Under the pieces are notes generated by a model. The model was given only the letters and a program-made list of their open reading frames with translations. It was not told where the DNA came from and did not search any database. 64,000 bases of DNA from Candidatus Zixiibacteriota bacterium (GTDB lineage Bacteria > Zixibacteria > MSB-5A5 > GN15 > PGXB01): NCBI GenBank assembly GCA_041752195.1, contig JBGSHP010000011.1, positions 139,628-203,627 of the forward strand, read 5' to 3'. Position 1 is the first letter of the stretch, and every line of letters begins with the position of its first letter. Positions 11,597-19,096 of the stretch are shown piece after piece. A program made the position numbers and the translations under genes.

Positions 11597-12573
11597 ATGA
11601 TTGCCGTCCCGCGACGGCCGATTTCTTCGATCTCCAGAGCGATATTAAGAGCTTGAGCGGCGGCCAGGGGCGAGACCTCCGGTTCGGATTGGGACTGGAC
11701 CGCCTTCAAAAAGGAGGTCAATTCGGCGCAGAGCATATCTTCGTCGCGCCCGGCGGCCTTGCTGTAAACTATGTCGCGCCCTGATTTGCCCAGCGGGATT
11801 CTGGTGCCTTCTTCGGGAGGAATGTCGCCCTCGGCCAGACGATAGATATCGGCCCGGCGCTCGGCCAGGTCCAGCGAGAAATAGCCGGATTTTTGGAATA
11901 GACGAAGTTTGCGCATGGCGCGCAAGGATATGCGGCTGGCCGTAAGATTGGCCACCGCCCCGTTTTTGAAAATCAACCGTGCATTGGCGATATCGGCCGT
12001 ATCGGAAATCACCGCCACCGCCGACGCCTCGATATGGGTCACCTCCGACCCGATGAAATGCAGGGCCAGCTCAATATCATGAATCATCAAGTCGAGAATC
12101 ACGGCGACATCGGTGCCCCGGGGGTCAAACGCAGCCAGCCGGTGAGCCTCGATAAACCTGGGCTTGATATCGTACTTCTTTAACGCCAGAACGGCTGGGT
12201 TGAACCTCTCGATGTGACCCACCGTCATGATCGCCCCCTGGCGGCGGGCAATATCGATCAACTCCCGGGCCTGGTCGTTCGTCACCGCCAGCGGCTTTTC
12301 CACGAGGCAGTTGATTTTGTTTTCCAAAAGAATCCGGGCGACCCGGTAATGCTCGGTGGTGGGGACAACTACCGAAACGGCATCGACTTTTCCAAAAAGC
12401 GTCTCGATATCGCCGAAAGCCGCGACGCCGTATTCGGCGGCGACCCGTTCGCATTTTTCCCGGTCGGTATCATAAACCCCGACCAATTCGGAGTGGGAGA
12501 TATTTTTAAACCAGCGGGCGTGATGCCTTCCCAGGTGTCCCACGCCCACCACGGCGGTACGTAGTTTTGCCAT
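11593..12573 (-). CDS. Gfo/Idh/MocA-family NAD(P)-dependent oxidoreductase, positioned like GnnA (UDP-GlcNAc 3-dehydrogenase).
   Basis: An N-terminal Rossmann segment (LRTAVVGVGHLGRHHAR) and a Gfo/Idh/MocA C-terminal domain are present. The gene sits between lpxA and lpxB with 4-bp overlaps on both sides. Confidence 0.75.
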   Translation of the reverse strand: MAKLRTAVVGVGHLGRHHARWFKNISHSELVGVYDTDREKCERVAAEYGVAAFGDIETLFGKVDAVSVVVPTTEHYRVARILLENKINCLVEKPLAVTNDQARELIDIARRQGAIMTVGHIERFNPAVLALKKYDIKPRFIEAHRLAAFDPRGTDVAVILDLMIHDIELALHFIGSEVTHIEASAVAVISDTADIANARLIFKNGAVANLTASRISLRAMRKLRLFQKSGYFSLDLAERRADIYRLAEGDIPPEEGTRIPLGKSGRDIVYSKAAGRDEDMLCAELTSFLKAVQSQSEPEVSPLAAAQALNIALEIEEIGRRGTAII

Positions 12574-12608
12574 AGACTTCAGTCAACCCCTTTAATTCCG
12601 GAAGCGGC

Positions 12609-13382
12609 TTAAACGACCAGTCCCCGTTTGGAGTCATTTATGAAATCAAGAATAACGTTTATTTCCGGCGAAACGGGGAGTTCCGCCCGGATTTTTTCCA
12701 CCGCCTGTGAACGGTTCATTTTCGAGAAAAATAAAATTTTAAAGGCTTTCTCCAAGGTTTCCAGAGTCTGGGGATTGAATCCCCGCCGTTTCAGTCCGAT
12801 TTTATTCAGACCCACCACCCGCAAAGGATACCCCCCGACCAGGGAATAAGGGCAAACATCCTGTTGCACGCGGAACCCTCCGCCGATCATGCAGTGGGCG
12901 CCGATTTTCACGAACTGGTGAACCGGCACCAGGCCGCCCAGGATGGCATAGTCGTGGATTTCCACATGGCCGGCCAGATTGACGGCGTTGGCCATGATGA
13001 TATTGTCCCCCAGATGGCAATCGTGGGCCACATGGGTGTAGGCCATGAGAAAGCAGTTTTTGCCGATCGAGGTCCGCCCGCTTTCGGCGGTGCCCCGGTT
13101 GAGCATGGCATATTCGCGGATGACCGTCCCCTGGCCGATAATAAGGCTGGTCTTTTCTCCGGCGAATTTCAAATCCTGGGGCGGCGTTCCCAGAACCACG
13201 CCGTGAGACAATTGCACTTTGTCATGCAATTCCGTGAAACGCGCCACCAGGCAGTGCGAGCCGATAACGACATTGTTGCCGATTTTGGTTTCGGCCTCCA
13301 CTATGGAGTACGGGCCGATACTGATATCGTCGCCCAGTTCGGCGCGGCGATCCACTACTGCCGTGGGATGGATTTCATTCAT
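12609..13382 (-). CDS. lpxA: Acyl-ACP--UDP-N-acetylglucosamine O-acyltransferase.
   Basis: Left-handed beta-helix hexapeptide repeats and an N-terminus IHPTAVVD..AELGDDISIGPYSIV are typical of LpxA. The protein is 257 aa. Confidence 0.9.
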   Translation of the reverse strand: MNEIHPTAVVDRRAELGDDISIGPYSIVEAETKIGNNVVIGSHCLVARFTELHDKVQLSHGVVLGTPPQDLKFAGEKTSLIIGQGTVIREYAMLNRGTAESGRTSIGKNCFLMAYTHVAHDCHLGDNIIMANAVNLAGHVEIHDYAILGGLVPVHQFVKIGAHCMIGGGFRVQQDVCPYSLVGGYPLRVVGLNKIGLKRRGFNPQTLETLEKAFKILFFSKMNRSQAVEKIRAELPVSPEINVILDFINDSKRGLVV

Positions 13383-14769
13383 CTCTGTCCAATACCTTTG
13401 CCGTCAATTCCGCTTCCGCCACGAGAGTCTCGCCGACATGCGCCTGCCCGGCCATGCGGCAAATTCCCCGGCGGTAAAATTCCATGTTAAGTTCAAAGCG
13501 AATGGTGTCGCCCGGCATGACGGGACGACGAAATTTCACTTTGTCCATGCCCAGAAAGTAAACCAGTTTCTTCTGCGGTTGGCCCACTGCTTCCAATAAC
13601 AAAATCCCGCCGGCCTGCGCCATGGCTTCGATTATAAGCACCCCCGGCATGATGGGATGTCCCGGAAAATGACCCTGGAAAAACGGCTCGTTGATGGTCA
13701 CGTTTTTGAGCGCCACGACCCTTTTTTCCGGCTCCAGTTCCAGGACCTTGTCTATCAGAAGGAAAGGATAGCGGTGCGGCATGATTTTCATGATAGCGTT
13801 GACATCCAGAAACGGCTGGACTTTCCCCTTCTGGTATTTTCCCATCAGGGCCTTTTTCTTATGCAGGGCGCGCAATTCTTTGGCCACCGCCACATTCGCC
13901 TTGTGCCCCGAGCGGGCGGCCAGAAAATGCGCCTTGACGGGAACACCGATTAAATACATGTCGCCGAGAAGATCCAGAGCCTTATGACGAACCGGTTCGT
14001 TGTAGAATCGCAGGGGAATATCATTGATGATGCCGGTCTTGCCCACGAAGGCTTCTTCTTTCAGGTTAAGCGCCGTGCGTATCCGATCCACCTCCACCTG
14101 GCCCCGGTCGGAATCATAAATAACGACGGCATTTTGAAGTCCGCCCCCCTTGATCAATCCCTGGCTTTTCAGCATTTCCACTTCGCTCAAGAAGCAGAAC
14201 GTCCGCGAGGGAGCGAATTCGCTGACGAATTCTTTATCCAGGTCCATAAGAGTGGTATATTGCGTTCCCAGGGCGGGATTCTTGTAATCTATCATAAAGG
14301 TGATGCGAAGCGTCTCCGAAGGAGTCACCACGATATCGACCGCTCGTTCCGGTTCGGAATAAACCAGCGGGGTATCCAATTCCAGGTACTGGCGTTCCGC
14401 ATCCTGTTCCTCGATCCCGGCTTCCATGATTCGTTTTACGAACGGCATCGCGGAGCCATCGCCCACCGGAGGCTCATTGGAATCTAATTCCACGATAATA
14501 TTATCGATTTGCAGTCCGGCCAGCGCCGCCAGAACATGCTCGACCGTATAAACCCGGGCCTCGCCGTTACCCAGGGTGGTTCCTCGGGCAATATCGACCA
14601 CATGTTCAATATCGGCCGAAACCGATGGCTTACCGGGAAGATCCGTCCGTACGAATTTGACACCATGATCGATTGGAGCCGGGCGAAATGTCAACCGCGA
14701 CATATTGCCCGTGTGAAGACCGATGCCTTCGAGAGTAACCGCCTCTTTTATGGTCTTTTGTTTATCCAC
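13375..14769 (-). CDS. lpxC-fabZ: Bifunctional UDP-3-O-acyl-GlcNAc deacetylase / 3-hydroxyacyl-ACP dehydratase (LpxC-FabZ fusion).
   Basis: The N-terminal roughly 300 aa is LpxC-like (TLEGIGLHTGN, zinc-site HKALDLLGD). The C-terminal roughly 150 aa is a FabZ hot-dog domain (FFQGHFPGHPIMPGVLIIEAMAQ). Confidence 0.9.
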   Translation of the reverse strand: MDKQKTIKEAVTLEGIGLHTGNMSRLTFRPAPIDHGVKFVRTDLPGKPSVSADIEHVVDIARGTTLGNGEARVYTVEHVLAALAGLQIDNIIVELDSNEPPVGDGSAMPFVKRIMEAGIEEQDAERQYLELDTPLVYSEPERAVDIVVTPSETLRITFMIDYKNPALGTQYTTLMDLDKEFVSEFAPSRTFCFLSEVEMLKSQGLIKGGGLQNAVVIYDSDRGQVEVDRIRTALNLKEEAFVGKTGIINDIPLRFYNEPVRHKALDLLGDMYLIGVPVKAHFLAARSGHKANVAVAKELRALHKKKALMGKYQKGKVQPFLDVNAIMKIMPHRYPFLLIDKVLELEPEKRVVALKNVTINEPFFQGHFPGHPIMPGVLIIEAMAQAGGILLLEAVGQPQKKLVYFLGMDKVKFRRPVMPGDTIRFELNMEFYRRGICRMAGQAHVGETLVAEAELTAKVLDRDE

Positions 14770-14850
14770 CTTTGTCTTTCGGTTAAGTTTCGATTATACA
14801 ATCCCTTATGATCTATTTCAAGAGAAAAAAGAATTTATTCCCGCATTCTT

Positions 14851-15192
14851 CTATAATTCTCTTAAGTTTTTCACATCCCTGAACTTACGGAAGAGCCGAA
14901 CATATTCTTTGAGCATCCTTTCCTCGGACTCCGAGATCCCTTCCATGACCGGAATCCCGATTTTCAGGATGGCCCGAATCATATCGGCCATGGTTCGATC
15001 ATATCTGCCCGCCAGGGTTTTTAGTCTGTCCTTAAACTCGCTGGATATAAATATGTTAATACAATGTTCCCCGCGAAGCGAGCCTTTTCGATTTACTGAA
15101 GCAGGTGATATCGTCGATGCCCCATCAGGGTTTGCGGCGTGGTGATTTTCAGGCCGTACTCTTTTTTCAGAATCCCCATGATTCGTTTCCAT
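14851..15192 (-). CDS. Hypothetical protein whose C-terminal half is ribbon-helix-helix (CopG/Arc)-like. The start is uncertain.
   Basis: The segment INIFISSEFKDRLKTLAGRYDRTMADMIRAILKIG has a beta-strand plus two helices, as in RHH folds. The first 100 nt overlap the upstream gene out of frame, and there is no canonical start codon after the overlap until Met67. Confidence 0.4.
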   Translation of the reverse strand: METNHGDSEKRVRPENHHAANPDGASTISPASVNRKGSLRGEHCINIFISSEFKDRLKTLAGRYDRTMADMIRAILKIGIPVMEGISESEERMLKEYVRLFRKFRDVKNLREL

Positions 15193-15602
15193 GTTTCTTC
15201 CTTTTTCTTGGATTTTATTAGATTATTAATTTGACGGCGAAACGGGGAACGACAGAGAGGGCAGTCTCTTTCGACCCTTACGGCCAGGCCGAATTCTTTT
15301 CTGACAAAATCCGCCAGGAGATATTTGAGTCTTAAGACGGTACGTTTGTAGACCCCGGCCACCGTGGTGCGGCGACACCCCCATTCCGCCGCGATAGTCT
15401 TCAGGGATTGGCCCTGGAAATAGTACCTGACCGCAAAATCCCGCTCGCGGGGCGTTAGTTTTTTCAGGGCGCGATTCACGGCCCTGATAACCTGTCCCTT
15501 GATGGGCGCCTCCTGATCCGCCGGTTCACCCGGCAGCCGCGATTTCGGATCGCCGCTGATCTCGACTATCCAATCCCGGAAGAGAAGTTTCGGCTTATCC
15601 AT
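15093..15602 (-). CDS. Sigma-70 region-4-like (LuxR/ECF-type) HTH protein with a putative C-terminal zinc-binding tail. It lacks sigma region 2.
   Basis: LTPRERDFAVRYYFQGQSLKTIAAEWGCRRTTVAGVYKRTVLRL matches a sigma-70 r4 HTH. This is followed by CPLC...HRRYH and a lysine-rich segment. Only 169 aa, so not a complete sigma factor. Confidence 0.6.
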   Translation of the reverse strand: MDKPKLLFRDWIVEISGDPKSRLPGEPADQEAPIKGQVIRAVNRALKKLTPRERDFAVRYYFQGQSLKTIAAEWGCRRTTVAGVYKRTVLRLKYLLADFVRKEFGLAVRVERDCPLCRSPFRRQINNLIKSKKKEETWKRIMGILKKEYGLKITTPQTLMGHRRYHLLQ

Positions 15603-15664
15603 TGGCTTGCCTTTCCTGTTTTTGGCTCCAATGAAAACCGAAATTCAGGGCGGGAACAACCACC

Positions 15665-15780
15665 GGCGAATCACACTCTTTGAAGTGATCATGCGGGGAC
15701 GATTATCACATGAATCACTTTGGGAAGACGATGATTTTGCTTTATTCCTGCGGAAATTTTCGTAGATTCAGTGATTATAT
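15665..15780. promoter_or_regulatory. Divergent promoter/operator region with repeated ATCAC/GTGAT half-sites.
   Basis: About five copies of GTGAT/ATCAC occur (gaATCACac, gaaGTGATCA, ttATCACatgaATCAC, caGTGATtat), including the palindromes TGATCA and ATCACATGAATCAC. They lie between the divergently transcribed regulator gene and the small-peptide/CPBP operon. Confidence 0.35.
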
Positions 15781-15816
15781 AACCGGCCGGCGTGAATTTA
15801 CCATTTATCCGGGGAA

Positions 15817-16041
15817 GTGATTATGAATGATGGTTCCAAAAAAGACGTTGCCGATGGGAATTATATGGTCATCGGCGGCGTTATCGTTCTGGGAATCGGC
15901 CTTATATTCCTGCTGATCAATCTTCAGATATTGCCGCCCATGAGGAAACTCTGGCCGGCGATCTTGATTGTGGTGGGACTGGCCCTTATTTTCGGGAGCC
16001 TGAAGCGGCGGCGCAGTGAAGATAAAACGGGGACGCCTTGA
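15817..16041 (+). CDS. Small 2-TM membrane peptide, LiaI/LiaF-N-like transmembrane hairpin.
   Basis: The 74-aa product has two hydrophobic helices (VIGGVIVLGIGLIFLLINL and WPAILIVVGLALIFGSL) and a basic C-tail. A GGGGAAG Shine-Dalgarno precedes it. Its stop overlaps the CPBP start (ATGA). A paralog exists at 42361..42516. Confidence 0.6.
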   Translation: MIMNDGSKKDVADGNYMVIGGVIVLGIGLIFLLINLQILPPMRKLWPAILIVVGLALIFGSLKRRRSEDKTGTP

Positions 16042-16808
16042 TTCCTGAATCGAGTCAGCCGGAATTAACTCCGTCGATCCCTCCCGTCGAGCCACCCCGG
16101 TATCTTCGCTCGGCATTAATTCCCCCGAAATTCCGGCGGAGTCGTCTGACTTTCTTTACCCTGTTCTTTCTGCTCCTGTTCTGGCCGATTTCATCGATAA
16201 TATTTGTCGGTGATCCGGCCCAGATGCTGCGGCAGTTGGCGGTGGCGCCTTTGTGGTTCGTTTATATCCCCACCATGATGCTGGAGTGGATGGTATTCGG
16301 GCTGGTGGTGTTGACCGCCTGGCGCGAACAAACCGGCCTGGCCGGACTGGGTTTCAGGAGAATTAGGTTTATCGATATCGGCTGGGCCGTGGCTTTCCTC
16401 CTGGCCTCCAATTTGATTTTGACCTTTCTGGCCTTATTATTAAAAGAAGTCAATCTCGAAATCCCCGGCGAACTGGCCCTGATTTTACCCAAAAATAACC
16501 TGGAAAGAATCGTCTGGACCTTTTTATCCCTGACCGCGGGGATTTGCGAAGAAACCGCCTTCAGAGGCTATCTGATTACACGCATCCGCATGTTCGGAAA
16601 AATCGGAAATTGGATTGTCCCCGTGATCTTGGCCTCGCTCTCGTTCGGAAGCGGGCATGCCTACCAGGGTCTGGGGGGATTTATACTGATATCGGCCTAT
16701 GGGGCCATGTTCGCCGTGCTTTTCCTGCACACCAAGACTATCTGGCCCTGTATCATAGCCCACTTTTTCCAGGACTTTTCAGCCCTCTTTTTCCCCTTTG
16801 AGCCCTAA
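16038..16808 (+). CDS. CPBP-family (CAAX/Abi) intramembrane metalloprotease.
   Basis: CPBP motifs are present: EETAFRGYL (EExxxR), FGSGH (FxxxH) and a downstream His. Multiple TM helices follow a proline-rich N-terminal extension. Confidence 0.8.
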   Translation: MIPESSQPELTPSIPPVEPPRYLRSALIPPKFRRSRLTFFTLFFLLLFWPISSIIFVGDPAQMLRQLAVAPLWFVYIPTMMLEWMVFGLVVLTAWREQTGLAGLGFRRIRFIDIGWAVAFLLASNLILTFLALLLKEVNLEIPGELALILPKNNLERIVWTFLSLTAGICEETAFRGYLITRIRMFGKIGNWIVPVILASLSFGSGHAYQGLGGFILISAYGAMFAVLFLHTKTIWPCIIAHFFQDFSALFFPFEP

Positions 16809-19057
16809 CCGCAATCGGGGGCCGGGCCACCCTTGAATTTGTAATTGATCAAATAGATAATATCGAGGATATCGATATAGTCGTCGCAGTTGATATCGCC
16901 CTGATACAGGTCGGGGGCCGGGCCGCCCTTGAATTTATAATTTATCAGCATAAGTATATCGAGAATGTCGATAGCGCCGTCATTATTGCAGTCCCCTTTG
17001 GCGAAAGGCAATATTTCTATCAGGCCGGCGCGAACCCGTGGGGCATAATCGATATAGCCGGCATAATGGCGAACGACTTTCTGGTTCAAAGTCGTCGTGT
17101 CAAGCACGTTGGCGCCGCTCCCTCCCCGGTGTATAAAATATAAATTAATCAGACGCCCGAAACCGGGGGGCAGAGGCGGCTTGACATTGGTTACGGCCGG
17201 ATCGAAGGTAATGGTCAGTTTACTGTATAAGGCGCTGACGCTCGCCGGTCGAACATCATCGAAATAGTCGGTGCGGCAGGAATCGGTATCATAATCGTAA
17301 AACTCCAATTCCATATCGCCGCCATGATAAAGGGGCAGAACAAAATACTCCAGGGGCTGGCTGTTTTTCAAATAGACGGGGACTTTGATGGTATCCCCGG
17401 CCCGGAACTGGATGTCGGGGAAATAAAGAGTATCATCCAGCACCACCACCATCTTTTTTTCGGTATGATTATGCGGCCCGCCGGCCACGGTAGCGTCCAG
17501 GCGGACATCGAAAGCCCCCGAAATATCGAAAGTATGGAGAGGATCGGCCTCGCTCGAGACCTCGCCGTCGCCGAATTGCCAAAATTGATTCGAGCCCCCG
17601 GCCGAATTATCGGTAAATTGCACCGTCAAAGGTTTCCAGCCCTGACTGACATCGGCGGCAAACTCAATATAGGGTGACCGGGTATTCCCATAAACTTTGT
17701 TGAACGTATCCCAGTTAGATATAGTCAGGTCACATTTGTATGAATACTGGTAATAAATAATCAGACTGGTGACCGGGGCTTCCGCCAGAGATACCCAGCC
17801 CGAGACCAGATCGTAACACCAGGCATTGTCCTCCAGTATCACACCGTCGGCCAGGACCGAGTCGACTGAATTCAAATATCCGTATTTCAGGTAAAACAGT
17901 TTTTTCCCGGCTAAAGATAAAATAGTATCCGCCAGTTGTTCCACGCCGTCGCCGTCCATATCCGCCCAGGCCAGTTCTTCCACCACCTGTGCAATATCGG
18001 CCCGCCAGACCGGGGCGGTCGTGAAGGCCGTCCCCAGGTTTTCATAAACCCGGGGTTTATCGAACCACCGCCCGGCGGCCAGGTCCAAATCGCCGTCGGT
18101 ATCATAATCGTACAACGCCAGGGCCGACCCATAACCGCCATCGGAGGAAACCCATCCGGCGGTCTGGTACGGCGTTCCCAGACCGTTGTTGAAATAAACC
18201 CGGTAATAGCCGCCCGGGCCTATCTGATTATTGAAGGCTACGACCAGATCCAGCCAGCCGTCGCCGTTGACATCCCCGAAAACGACCGTGTTGGCCGATT
18301 CCCAGTCGAAAGAATGCCACGAAGGAGCGGTTCCCATCAGGCCGCCGGTATTATAATAAATCGAGGCGCCGCTTTCATGATCGCAGACGGCCATGTCCAA
18401 ATCGCCGTCGTTATCGACATCCCCAAACGTCACATCCATGCTGAAATTGACATCTGCGGATTCCCACGACGGCTCATCCGCATAAAAGCCGTTTTCATTA
18501 AGATAAATCTTGTCTGTCTCGGCATGGCCGTTATACCCTTCCCCGGTGGCGAATGCCAGATCCAGGTCGCCGTCATTATCGATATCTCCCAGGGCGCATG
18601 AGAACGAATAGAAGCTGTCCTTGGGGTGCCAATCCGGAACCCGATTGGGTGTGCCGGTCAAATTCATATACATGTCCGAAAGCGCCGGCTTGGAAAACCC
18701 CTCGTTGCTTATATAATTGGCAACCACCAGATCGGGGAAACCGTTGTCATCGATATCACCCACGGCACAGTGGCCGGAATAGGCGCTGTTTTGTGAACTC
18801 CAGGTCGGTGTAACCGGAAGAACGCCGTATTGTGACAGATAAATATGGTTGGGGGCAATGACGATATCATTGCCGTTGGATATAACCAGGTCGATATAAC
18901 CGTCCCGGTTGATATCTTCCCAGATAAGTCCGGTGGAATATACATCCTCGGGAGTCGATTGCCAGATTGGATTAAGGCCCAAAGGAACCTGGGCAAATAT
19001 CGCCGCCGGGGTGATTATAAGAACGAGAAGTAAGTGACGCGCGAGTTTATGAGTCAT
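16805..19057 (-). CDS. Secreted FG-GAP/VCBS-repeat (beta-propeller) protein with a PKD-like domain and two C-terminal dockerin-like Ca-binding repeats.
   Basis: A signal peptide (MTHKLARHLLLVLIITPAAIFAQ) is followed by at least seven FG-GAP-type repeats (DINRDGYIDLV, GDIDDNGFPDLVV, GDIDNDGDLDLAF, GDVDNDGDLDMAV, GDVNGDGWLDLVV, YDYDTDGDLDLAA and others) and a PKD-like FTDNSAGGSNQFWQFGDGE segment. The C-terminus carries the duplicated repeat GDCNNDGAIDILDILMLINYKFKGGPAP / GDINCDDYIDILDIIYLINYKFKGGPAP. Confidence 0.75.
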   Translation of the reverse strand: MTHKLARHLLLVLIITPAAIFAQVPLGLNPIWQSTPEDVYSTGLIWEDINRDGYIDLVISNGNDIVIAPNHIYLSQYGVLPVTPTWSSQNSAYSGHCAVGDIDDNGFPDLVVANYISNEGFSKPALSDMYMNLTGTPNRVPDWHPKDSFYSFSCALGDIDNDGDLDLAFATGEGYNGHAETDKIYLNENGFYADEPSWESADVNFSMDVTFGDVDNDGDLDMAVCDHESGASIYYNTGGLMGTAPSWHSFDWESANTVVFGDVNGDGWLDLVVAFNNQIGPGGYYRVYFNNGLGTPYQTAGWVSSDGGYGSALALYDYDTDGDLDLAAGRWFDKPRVYENLGTAFTTAPVWRADIAQVVEELAWADMDGDGVEQLADTILSLAGKKLFYLKYGYLNSVDSVLADGVILEDNAWCYDLVSGWVSLAEAPVTSLIIYYQYSYKCDLTISNWDTFNKVYGNTRSPYIEFAADVSQGWKPLTVQFTDNSAGGSNQFWQFGDGEVSSEADPLHTFDISGAFDVRLDATVAGGPHNHTEKKMVVVLDDTLYFPDIQFRAGDTIKVPVYLKNSQPLEYFVLPLYHGGDMELEFYDYDTDSCRTDYFDDVRPASVSALYSKLTITFDPAVTNVKPPLPPGFGRLINLYFIHRGGSGANVLDTTTLNQKVVRHYAGYIDYAPRVRAGLIEILPFAKGDCNNDGAIDILDILMLINYKFKGGPAPDLYQGDINCDDYIDILDIIYLINYKFKGGPAPDCG

Positions 19058-19096
19058 TATCTTGTCTCCATAACCAGGAGACGATCAAGGGCTTTT

